Shown here piece after piece: positions 48,674 through 58,601 of a stretch of 64,000 nt of DNA. The stretch lies in the NCBI GenBank assembly GCA_963701855.1, contig CAVPBK010000013.1, positions 41,574-105,573 of the forward strand, read 5' to 3'. Position 1 is the stretch's first letter; each line of letters begins with the position of its first letter. Both the position numbers and the translations under genes were made by a program. The notes beneath the pieces are model-generated. The model had not been told where the DNA came from, made no database searches, and was given only the letters and a program-made list of their open reading frames with translations. Origin of the DNA: Nitrospirota bacterium. GTDB lineage: Bacteria > Nitrospirota > Nitrospiria > Nitrospirales > Nitrospiraceae.

Positions 48674-49999
48674 ATGTCGACGATTATTCCGTTTCATGGC
48701 ACGCGGTACGATACGGCGGTTGTGGGAGATATCAAACAGGTTGCGGCGCCGCCCTACGACATCATCGACGCGGCTGGGCAGAAGGCCTTGCACGATCGCC
48801 ATCCACAGAACATCATTCGGCTCGAATTGGGATTCGATCAACCCGGCGACAGTCCAACTGAAAATCGATACACCCGTGCCGCATCAACCCTTCGCAATTG
48901 GCTGAAAAGCGGGGCATTGAAACCCGATGCGCAGCCAACCCTCTACTACCATACGATCGAATACACACCGCCTTATGCTTCGTCCGGTTCGCCGACGAAA
49001 ACTCTCAAGGGCTTTCTCGCCGCCGTCAAACTGGAAGCGCTCGACTCGGGGCATATCTACCCGCACGAGAACACACGCTCAGCCGCCAAAACAGATCGTC
49101 TGAATCTTCTCGAAGCCTGCAAAGCGAACTTCAGCCCCATCTGGTCGCTCTACTCCGACCCTCAAGGGACGGTGATGGGCCTGCTGGAAGGAGCGGTGAA
49201 AGGGACACCTGCCCCGATCGACTTTCGCGACGATGTGGGATTCCGTCAGCAACTCTGGGCTGTGACGGATCCAGCCGTACTGAAGCACGTGGTCGAGGCC
49301 TTGCGCAGCAAACCGCTGTTTATTGCAGACGGCCACCATCGTTACGAGACGGCGTTGAACTATCAGAAGCTCCGTCGGCAACAGGCCGGACCGCCGGACG
49401 GCCAGCACTCATACGACGCGGTGCTGATGCTGTTGACCGCCCTCGAAGACCCGGGCTTGACCGTACTCCCGACGCATCGGGTCACGACCACAACCTTGCC
49501 TCCTTATGATCATCTGCAATCATTGTTGGGCGCCACATTCGACCTGCAGGAATTTCCTTTCACCACAGACACGCAAGCAGCCACTCGCGAGAAATTTGTC
49601 GAAGCCTTGCGGACTCACGGCCGCACGATTCCGATGTTTGGCCTGGCGTTGAAGGGAGACAGCCGCTACGTCACACTGAGCCTGAAACCGGCCCATCGTC
49701 CGCCCGCGCAAGCCTCTCCTCGCGCCAAGCTCGATGTGTCGCTGCTTCAACAACTCGTCGTCGCGACACTTTGTCCGACACCACAGGAACAAGAGGCCAT
49801 CCTCTATACGAAGGATGACCATGAAGCCTTGGATTGGGTGGCGAAGGGAACGGGGACCGGGGCACTGCTGCTCAACGCGACGAAAGTCAGCGAAGTGCAA
49901 GCCGTCGCGACAGCCGGCGAACGTATGCCCCACAAATCGACGTACTTCTTCCCAAAACCACTGACTGGTCTTGTTGTGAATGTCCTGGAAAATCCGTGA
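48674..49999 (+). CDS. DUF1015 family protein
   Basis: PPYDII, PHENT, FIADGHHRYETA, MPHKSTYFFPK; start at ATG 48674. Confidence 0.9.
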   Translation: MSTIIPFHGTRYDTAVVGDIKQVAAPPYDIIDAAGQKALHDRHPQNIIRLELGFDQPGDSPTENRYTRAASTLRNWLKSGALKPDAQPTLYYHTIEYTPPYASSGSPTKTLKGFLAAVKLEALDSGHIYPHENTRSAAKTDRLNLLEACKANFSPIWSLYSDPQGTVMGLLEGAVKGTPAPIDFRDDVGFRQQLWAVTDPAVLKHVVEALRSKPLFIADGHHRYETALNYQKLRRQQAGPPDGQHSYDAVLMLLTALEDPGLTVLPTHRVTTTTLPPYDHLQSLLGATFDLQEFPFTTDTQAATREKFVEALRTHGRTIPMFGLALKGDSRYVTLSLKPAHRPPAQASPRAKLDVSLLQQLVVATLCPTPQEQEAILYTKDDHEALDWVAKGTGTGALLLNATKVSEVQAVATAGERMPHKSTYFFPKPLTGLVVNVLENP

Positions 50000-50090
50000 G
50001 TGGCAAGGAGTGCGGCGTCAGGCGATGAATCAAGATACTCGTCCGAACGTGCAGTGGGGCGATATCACCTCACGCCTAACGGTACTGAAC

Positions 50091-51461
50091 ATGAAGGCCA
50101 AAATTCTCATTGTCGACGACGATCCCGACATTGCCACGATGCTGGAGGATCGACTGCAGGCCTCCGATTATGGCACCGTGACCGCACGCGATGGAGTCGA
50201 GGCGCTCGAGCTGGTCGAGCGGGAAGCTCCGCACCTCATGTTGCTCGATCTGGATATGCCACGACTGACAGGCCTTGAGGTTCTCAAGCAGCTTCCGAAA
50301 ATCAGACCCGCTGAAGGTCTCCCAGTAATCGTCATGACCGCCCATGCTTCAATCGATGCCGCCGTCGAAGCTATGAAAACCGGCGCCTACGATTTTCTGA
50401 CCAAACCGCTGGACAAAGACCACCTCCTCATCGTCATCGGCAAAGCCTTGGAGCGAGACAGCCTCAAACGGCAGGTGGCCTGCCTCAAGTCCGAAGTCGA
50501 CAGCCGCTACGCCTCGATAGTAGGCATGAGCGCGAAAATTCGTGCGGTGATGGAGTCGGCACAACGTGCCGCGAAGTCCGATGCCGGAGTGTTACTGCTT
50601 GGTGAAAGCGGAACAGGCAAAGAGCTCTTCGCCCGTTCCATCCACCAGTGGAGTCCGCGTCAGGCTATGCCGCTGGTGGTCATCAACTGCGTCGCCCTCA
50701 CGGAAACGCTGCTCGAGAACGAACTTTTCGGACATGAACGCGGCGCCTTCACCGGCGCGGACCGCCTGCAAAAAGGCAAACTGGAGATGGCGGACGGAGG
50801 CACGATCTTCCTGGACGAGATCGGAGACATGTCGCTCTCGCTGCAAGCCAAGCTCTTGCGTGTGCTCCAGGACAGGGAATTCCATCGAGTCGGCGGCACA
50901 CGCCTCGTGTCGGTCAATATACGGATCATCGCCGCCACGAACAAGGATCTCCGACAGGCCGTGAAAACCGGTGAGTTTCGCGAGGATCTTTTTTTTCGTT
51001 TAAATGTCATCAGCCTGACCCTGCCCCCGCTCCGCGAACGGCCCGATGACCTCCCTGCCCTGGCTAAATTTTTCTTGAACCGGCATGCCAGGGATGCAAA
51101 ACGTCCCGGCATGATGTTCAGCTCCGCAGCCATGGAGGCCATGCAACGGTATCCTTGGCCAGGCAACATTCGCGAATTGGACAACGTCGTCGCCCGGGCC
51201 GTCGTCTTGAACCAGTCGGACACCATCGAACCGGACATGTTGTCGTTGGATGCCATGGGTCACACCTCGCCGAGCGAACCCCTCCCCTACCTCTCCCTTC
51301 CGTACCATGAGTCGATGGAACAACATAGCCGCTACATCATCGAGCACGCCATCGAACAAGCAGAGGGCAATCAGACGAAAGCCGCAGACCGCCTCAAGCT
51401 CCAGCGCACATACCTTGCCCGCTTGATTAAGCAACAAAAGGTGAAATCGGAGCAGGATTAG
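50091..51461 (+). CDS. NtrC-type sigma54-dependent response regulator
   Basis: Receiver domain (IVDDD, LDLDMP), GESGTGKE, GAFTGA, WPGNIREL, Fis-type HTH. Confidence 0.95.
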   Translation: MKAKILIVDDDPDIATMLEDRLQASDYGTVTARDGVEALELVEREAPHLMLLDLDMPRLTGLEVLKQLPKIRPAEGLPVIVMTAHASIDAAVEAMKTGAYDFLTKPLDKDHLLIVIGKALERDSLKRQVACLKSEVDSRYASIVGMSAKIRAVMESAQRAAKSDAGVLLLGESGTGKELFARSIHQWSPRQAMPLVVINCVALTETLLENELFGHERGAFTGADRLQKGKLEMADGGTIFLDEIGDMSLSLQAKLLRVLQDREFHRVGGTRLVSVNIRIIAATNKDLRQAVKTGEFREDLFFRLNVISLTLPPLRERPDDLPALAKFFLNRHARDAKRPGMMFSSAAMEAMQRYPWPGNIRELDNVVARAVVLNQSDTIEPDMLSLDAMGHTSPSEPLPYLSLPYHESMEQHSRYIIEHAIEQAEGNQTKAADRLKLQRTYLARLIKQQKVKSEQD

Positions 51462-51464
51462 CGT

Positions 51465-51605
51465 CAGCACGCGAGCCAGGCGGGACGAGGGGGACTGGCG
51501 AGACAGGCTAAACGAGATGGGAACTTATTCTATCCACATCGCGCCTTTCTCGCATTTCTCGCGCGTCACGCTCCATGGGCGCTGGCGGATTTTTTCTGCA
51601 TCCTG
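51465..51605. repeat. MITE-like repeat G
   Basis: Ends GCTGGCGGATTTTTTCTGCATCCTG, abutting the murU stop; CGAG/CTCG periodic interior. Confidence 0.65.
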
Positions 51606-52346
51606 CTATGCAAACAGCTGTCTTGAGGAGAGGGTGATGCGACCGGCTGATGCGTCATGCTCGGCCTGCGCATAGCGCTCCGGCGTCCCGATGTCCGACC
51701 AGTACCCTTCGCTGTCATACCCGAGCACCGCTTCTCCTCGCTGAATTGCCGCCACATAGGGAGCGATGATCGATGATTCCTTGCCCTTGGACACATCGCG
51801 CAAAAGACGAGGATGAAGGACATGAATCCCGGCGAACATGCGGGATTGGACCGGACCCAACTCTGATTTCCCCTGGCCGGTAATGCGGACGATACGGTTG
51901 TCCGAATCCATTTCCACGAGACCCCACCGTGCAGCCTCAGGGTCTTTGCGCAGAACCAACGTCGCCACAGCATCGCGCTGCTGGTGAAATGCACACAACG
52001 CACCGAGGTCGAGCTCCACAAGCGTATCGCCGTTGAGCACCAACACCGCCTCACCGGAAAAATACTGTTCCGCTTGTTTGAGGCCGCCTCCTGTACCCAA
52101 AATCACCGGCTCGCGCGAATAGATGATTCGCAACCCGTAACTCGAACCGTTGCCCAACGCCTGTTCGATCATCGGTCCGAGGTGATGCAGATTGATCACC
52201 ACCTCGTGGAACCCGTGCCGCTTCAGGAGCAAGAGATTCCACACGATCAACGGCGTACCCGCGATGGGGAGGAGCGGCTTCGGAATCGTGTTTGTGAGCG
52301 GTCTCAGGCGAGTTCCCAATCCCGCTGCGAGAATCATGGCTTTCAT
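51606..52346 (-). CDS. murU: Nucleotidyltransferase, MurU-like
   Basis: MKAMILAAGLGTRLRPLT..PKPL, WSDIGT; adjacent to amgK. Confidence 0.8.
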   Translation of the reverse strand: MKAMILAAGLGTRLRPLTNTIPKPLLPIAGTPLIVWNLLLLKRHGFHEVVINLHHLGPMIEQALGNGSSYGLRIIYSREPVILGTGGGLKQAEQYFSGEAVLVLNGDTLVELDLGALCAFHQQRDAVATLVLRKDPEAARWGLVEMDSDNRIVRITGQGKSELGPVQSRMFAGIHVLHPRLLRDVSKGKESSIIAPYVAAIQRGEAVLGYDSEGYWSDIGTPERYAQAEHDASAGRITLSSRQLFA

Positions 52347-52436
52347 AGACGAGAGTGAACTGAGATGTTGAAGCGCTGAAGTGCGGAGATGAAATAACGG
52401 AAGTTCCATCGTTTCAGCTTATGTACTCACCTTTCG

Positions 52437-53540
52437 CTACTGTAGTTCCGGCACGTAGGGGGCGAGATGCTTCCTGAGCCGGTCCAATTCGGGATACTTC
52501 TGGAGATTGCGTTTGACATAGCTCAAGACTCGCGGGATGTCGGCGAGGAAATTGGGATTGCCTTTGACGCGATCGATGTAGACAAATCGCCCCGCCGCTT
52601 TGAGGTTACGCTGGATGCTCGTGAAGTCGAACAGGCGGCGGAAGGCTTCTCGGTTGGTCCACACCTGTCGATGCGTCGCCAAGCCATCGAGGAAGCGGTC
52701 GATCAAGCGATCGATCAGCGCCTCGTCGAGTTCGATATAGGCATCGCGCAGAAGCGAGGCGAGGTCGTACGTCGCCGGCCCCATCAAGGCGTCTTGAAAG
52801 TCGATGACTCCCAGCCGTTCGCCATCGACCATTAAATTGCGCGAATGATAGTCCCGGTGGACAAAGACGCGAGGTTGGCCGGCAAGCAACTCGGCAATGT
52901 TCTCGAATTCGCCCCGAATGGGCAGGTGATCGTTAGCGCACATCGGTTTCCCTTGCCTCGCTACAATTCCATACTCCAGAAAATGATCGAACTCCCACAT
53001 GAGGAGCGGCACATCGAAACTTCGGTGGAACGCGAGACAATTCAGATCGGCTGGTGAGGTCGCCATCGATTGCATATGCACGAGGGCATCGACAGCCTGT
53101 GTATAGCGCGCTTCCACGTCTGCCACACTCGCCCCGCGACAGGCTTCCGACAATGTGAGATCGCCAAAGTCTTCAAGATAGAGCAACCCTGCCGTCTGAT
53201 CATAGTGATAGAGGCGCGGAACGGAGACTCCGACTTTGGATAAATGGGAGAGGATGTTCAAAAACGGGAGTTCAGCGACCTGATGAGTCGACCCGCTGAC
53301 GGCTTCTTCCGATTGCTTGAAGGCCTCCGGCTCGGCCAACTGCATGAGAATCACCGAGCGAACAGCGCTCCCAGTCAACTCGATGCGAAAATACCGGCGA
53401 TTAGAGGCATCGCCTGCTAAAGGTACCAGTGCCTTGAATTGCCCCTCAAAGGGGAGCAAAGACTCGACCGTGGCAGCCATAAGAGCGGGATCCGGTAAGG
53501 CCAGTGGTTGTTTCGGCGCAGCAGGATCAATAGTAGCCAT
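52437..53540 (-). CDS. amgK: APH-family kinase, AmgK-like
   Basis: GDASNRRYFR, LEDFGD, HRDYHSRNLM, IDFQDA, YDLASLL. Confidence 0.82.
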   Translation of the reverse strand: MATIDPAAPKQPLALPDPALMAATVESLLPFEGQFKALVPLAGDASNRRYFRIELTGSAVRSVILMQLAEPEAFKQSEEAVSGSTHQVAELPFLNILSHLSKVGVSVPRLYHYDQTAGLLYLEDFGDLTLSEACRGASVADVEARYTQAVDALVHMQSMATSPADLNCLAFHRSFDVPLLMWEFDHFLEYGIVARQGKPMCANDHLPIRGEFENIAELLAGQPRVFVHRDYHSRNLMVDGERLGVIDFQDALMGPATYDLASLLRDAYIELDEALIDRLIDRFLDGLATHRQVWTNREAFRRLFDFTSIQRNLKAAGRFVYIDRVKGNPNFLADIPRVLSYVKRNLQKYPELDRLRKHLAPYVPELQ

Positions 53541-53595
53541 AGGCTGCGCATTATACTGGTGCGGGGAAACCTTGTCACTCAGAGGATGAGGGATA

Positions 53596-53689
53596 GAAGG
53601 GCACCCACATTGGTCCTGTGCTTCCGGAACGCGCGCCATCAGAAGGGTCTCGTTCGACGGCCGCACTAAGACCAACGTGGGTGTCCTTC
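53596..53689. repeat. Imperfect inverted repeat (20-nt arms)
   Basis: GAAGGGCACCCACATTGGTC / GACCAACGTGGGTGTCCTTC, 18 of 20 complementary. Confidence 0.7.
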
Positions 53690-54053
53690 CTAGAGAGAAA
53701 AGCAAGCGAGCTTGGAAGGAACAATTAGATGGATGATGTTCGTCCGATGCGCACAGTACGGGGCAAGCGACCCGACCGTCAGTGGGGGCCCTTCTCCGCT
53801 TTGAAATTCAAGGGATTGCTCTGGCGGCCTAGATGCCCGACCAGCGGTTTAAGAAAGCGTTTTCACGACCCTACTCCAGCCTACTCTGGCTCACTCAGGC
53901 CAAGTCCAGCCAAGAGTTAAGAGAAAAGCGAACTTTGGCTGCAGTAGGCTGGAGTGAGTTGGAGTTGAGCACAATCGGCCCTCCGTTATTCGATCGGAAT
54001 CAGCGCGCCGTTTATCTCGCTCGCGTGCTTGATGAGCCCGTCAAGCTATCGAG

Positions 54054-54485
54054 TCATTTCACCGGCGCTTTGATTGCCTCGCCTTCTTGCGAAAGCAGGA
54101 GTACCAGGAGCTTGGCCGGTTCAGTCTTGCTTGCATTTTTGGACACTATATGCGGCGTCTTAGGAGACTCATACCAGCTCTGGCCTTTTGTGTACGTGAT
54201 CGGCTCGCCACCATCCAGTTGCGAGACAACTGCCCCTTCTAGTACATAGGCGAACACCGAGCCGGGATGGACATGCGGGCCAGATGCAGCTCCCGGCGCA
54301 TAGTCCACGGTCAACACTGTGGCTACTTTTCCGGCCATGTCGGCCAGAGACTGTTTCATCAGCACGGACACGGCATCTTCTGCCAGGGCTGGTGCCTGTC
54401 CCATAATTAGGCCCGCTCCGGTCAAGACCGTCCCCTGCAATACCTGTTTCACCATCCTGAGGGTAGCGGATGCGATGGTCATCAT
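54054..54485 (-). CDS. Secreted cupin-domain protein
   Basis: PHVHPG..YVLEG..WYESPKTPH; AGGAG RBS. Confidence 0.85.
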   Translation of the reverse strand: MMTIASATLRMVKQVLQGTVLTGAGLIMGQAPALAEDAVSVLMKQSLADMAGKVATVLTVDYAPGAASGPHVHPGSVFAYVLEGAVVSQLDGGEPITYTKGQSWYESPKTPHIVSKNASKTEPAKLLVLLLSQEGEAIKAPVK

Positions 54486-54520
54486 TGGAGCCCTCCTTTG
54501 TCGGAATTGCCTACGGCACA

Positions 54521-55444
54521 TCACAGCTCAGCGATGCGCAGCACGTGCTTGCCACGCAGAGGTTTCTCTTCGTAGGCCTGCCGAAAATTATCCATGGCGA
54601 AGGCGGCGCCCACGATCGGTCGGATAACACCGGCATCGATCAGACGCGCAATCTCGATCAATTGAACCCGGTTTGGTTCAACGATGAAGAAGGCGTCTCG
54701 CACTCGCGGCTGGGTCAACCGTTCGGCATCAGCCGCAATGGTCACCAGCTGACCACCCTTTCTGAGAATCCCCCATGAGCGGTCTCTCGTGTCTCCTCCG
54801 ACAGTATCAAGCACCACGTCCACGTCTCGGACGACGGTTTCGAACGGCGTCGTCCGATAATCAATGACTTCGTCGGCACCGAGCGCCGCGACAAAGTCGG
54901 CATTGGCCTTCGACGCTGTCGCGATCACATGTGCTTTCTTATGACGTGCCACCTGCACAGCGAAGCTGCCGACCCCACCGGCTGCGCCATGGATTAGCAC
55001 CCGTTGCCCTTGGGAAAGATGTGCGCGATCGATGAGTGCTTGCCAGGCGGTCAGAGCCGAGATCGGAACGGCAGCTGCTTGTACATGGTCAAGCGAGGTA
55101 GGCTTCGGCGCGAGGTTGGCGGGAACAGTCAGGCAATAGTCCGCCTGGGCACCGTCGATAAACCAATCGCTCAAGCCATAGACAGGATCTCCAACCTGGA
55201 CACCCATGCAAGCTTGTCCGATCGCGTCGACGACACCGGAGAATTCGTGGCCGAGAATAATGGGAAACGGCCTGGTAGCGCCGTCAGGAGTATGGGAGGT
55301 GGGATACCAGGCGAATTCCGTCGGAGTGATCGCGGTGGCATAGACCCGAACGAGCACCTGATTGTCCTTCGGACTGGGTTTCAGCGCATCCTCGTAGAGA
55401 AGTGCTTCCGACCCACCAGCCTGATGCAACCGTATTGCCCTCAT
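54521..55444 (-). CDS. NAD(P)-dependent oxidoreductase, MDR/quinone reductase family
   Basis: ILGHEFSG, LIHGAAGGVG, GADEVIDY. Confidence 0.9.
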   Translation of the reverse strand: MRAIRLHQAGGSEALLYEDALKPSPKDNQVLVRVYATAITPTEFAWYPTSHTPDGATRPFPIILGHEFSGVVDAIGQACMGVQVGDPVYGLSDWFIDGAQADYCLTVPANLAPKPTSLDHVQAAAVPISALTAWQALIDRAHLSQGQRVLIHGAAGGVGSFAVQVARHKKAHVIATASKANADFVAALGADEVIDYRTTPFETVVRDVDVVLDTVGGDTRDRSWGILRKGGQLVTIAADAERLTQPRVRDAFFIVEPNRVQLIEIARLIDAGVIRPIVGAAFAMDNFRQAYEEKPLRGKHVLRIAEL

Positions 55445-55757
55445 TGGGATAACCTCATTACAGTATTAGGTCACTTGGCAAGACCCGTCAAGGCGTGGTA
55501 GTTCAAAATCCTCATCACGCTTCCCTGAATCTCCAATAAATCTTTCAAGTACTTCGGAGTAGAGTTCGGGTAAGTTCACAAAGAACTGGTTTTGAACCTT
55601 CAACGCACTCTCCCCATCAAGACAACATCGGATTCAAACGCCTCTGAAAGAGTGTGGGGCGAGTCTTCCGATACTGATCCGGCCCCTCCTTTCGTCAGCC
55701 GGAAATGCTAACTCCGGATCTGACCTGGTTTAAAGGGGGCAGCAACTGTCTTGGTTG

Positions 55758-56707
<950 letters not shown>

Positions 56708-56862
56708 CACGTCCTCCTTGGTGGCCCGGCCTTGCATGATACGGGCTCAATGGCCCACGCAACTGTTCGGGCTCGTTCCGTAGAAGGGCATGACGACCCT
56801 CGCTGCCCCACGGTCTTTGAAGACCTCGGTCACGTCGGTCTATCATGCCCGGGTTGATGATA
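56708..56862 (-). ncRNA. Predicted IS110 bridge RNA
   Basis: Two stem-loops. One contains GGGGCAG, complementary to the right-flank CTGCCCC; the other contains ACAGTTGC, matching the element's right end. Confidence 0.7.
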
Positions 56863-56968
56863 AGCTGTATCATTGTCGCCTTGGGCGCAAGATACAAGGT
56901 CATAGAACGCAACGATACACTTCCACCCTGTTCAGGAAACCACAGGAAACTCTGCCTCGTTCCCTCCC

Positions 56969-58060
56969 TCACCATCCTCGGGTCTCTCCATGCTTCAAGA
57001 CCCACACTCTGGAAGGGTCAAGCCCCAGCCGATTGGCCTCGGCTTCCAACCGCAGAGGCGGCTCCTCAATCGCTTCATCCGTCATGTCGAACGTGCCCCA
57101 ATGCATGGCGACGAAGTATTGCCCTTGGACATCAGCGAACACCTGCAAGGCTTCTTCAGGCGTGATATGAGTCATCTTCATCATCGAGGCGGGGCTATAG
57201 GCTCCGATAGGGATAGCCGCAAGATCGAACGGGCCCAGGCGAACTCCAATCTCCTTGAATACAGGATAGTACCCCGTGTCTCCGGCGAAGAAGACCCGCT
57301 TCGTACCTCCTGCCAGGGCCCATGCGCTCCAGAGGCGTCGATTCCGATCCCACAGGCTGCGCCCCGAAAAATGCTGAGCGGGAAGACAGGTGACGGTCAG
57401 GCCATGGACCTGCCGACTTTCCCACCAGTCCATCTCCTCCACCTCTGTAATGCCGATGTCTGCAAACCAAGCCTTCAGGCCGAGGGGAACGAGGAACAGC
57501 GGGTGGTGCGTTCGGGCAAGACGCTGAACCGTATCGACATCGAGATGATCATAATGATCGTGTGAGATGACGACGAGGTCCACCGTCGGCAGCTGTTCGA
57601 ATGACACCCCGGGGGACATCAGCCGTTTGGGCCCGGCAAAGGTGACAGGACTGGCTCGTTCCGACCACTGAGGATCAGTCAGGATCGTGACGCCATCGAG
57701 CTGAATGAGGAGTGTGGAATGACCGACCCAGGTCACGGTGGCGTCCGTGCGATTGCTCTTGAGGGCACTGCCGTCGTTTTCCACGCGAGGCAAATCTGCA
57801 GTTCGTGTGTGAAACGTCGTTGTCCATGTCCGCAATGGGAGAAATATAAGACGTTCCCATAGGCTCGGCGGAGCAAACGCTGGATTGGTGTTTCTGAACC
57901 CGTCCTGTAGGATGTGAGTCTGGCCTTCGCGCACCGGCTCGGCGCTCGTCCCGCATCCCACCGAAAGACTCATGAGCAGTATCGCGCACATCAGCATCAC
58001 GAGTGCGTGATGAACCTTCAGCCTCGTGCGTTCATGTTTCAGTATCGAACATAGCCCCAT
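56969..58060 (-). CDS. MBL-fold hydrolase (NAPE-PLD/RomA-like); start uncertain
   Basis: WVGHST, TDP, SHDHYDHLD, PAQHFSGR, GDTGY, PIGAY, HWGTF. Confidence 0.92.
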   Translation of the reverse strand: MGLCSILKHERTRLKVHHALVMLMCAILLMSLSVGCGTSAEPVREGQTHILQDGFRNTNPAFAPPSLWERLIFLPLRTWTTTFHTRTADLPRVENDGSALKSNRTDATVTWVGHSTLLIQLDGVTILTDPQWSERASPVTFAGPKRLMSPGVSFEQLPTVDLVVISHDHYDHLDVDTVQRLARTHHPLFLVPLGLKAWFADIGITEVEEMDWWESRQVHGLTVTCLPAQHFSGRSLWDRNRRLWSAWALAGGTKRVFFAGDTGYYPVFKEIGVRLGPFDLAAIPIGAYSPASMMKMTHITPEEALQVFADVQGQYFVAMHWGTFDMTDEAIEEPPLRLEAEANRLGLDPSRVWVLKHGETRGW

Positions 58061-58601
58061 GAGCGTATCACGGCCAGCCTTCTTGCCATCTCCTGGTATC
58101 TCTTCTTTCCTTCCCGGATCCGTCAGCTTCAAAACTGCTCACCGCCCTTTGCAGCTAAGATGACCACAGCCGCCTCATTGAAAGGGGGCTGATCGAAAAC
58201 ATTTGTTTTTGGACCCTCATGAAAAGATACCCTGATCCCCGAAGAAAATCGAGAAAGTGCCCTCACGATTCCGCTCCCGGGTTTTTGACAACCCAGCCTA
58301 CCAGATGTGGATCTTGAAGAAACAGACTATTTCCAGGTTTCAGTATCAGCCTGGATTGGTTCCAGGATGCCTCGGTCCGTTGCGTGTCGATTGAGCGCAT
58401 TCAGGTGAGGTTCGAAGTACTGGGTTAGAAACCAGGTTATTGAGAGGTTTTCAGGGGATAAAACCGGCAGGATTCACCCCCGTTGTGGTGTTGTGTGCCG
58501 ATCGATTCAAGGGATTTCAAGGTCGACATCTACCGCGAGTCTATCGAGCGCGAACGTGACTTCTCGAAAGAATAGCAAGCAGTACTCAGGCCCGGCAGAG
58601 G

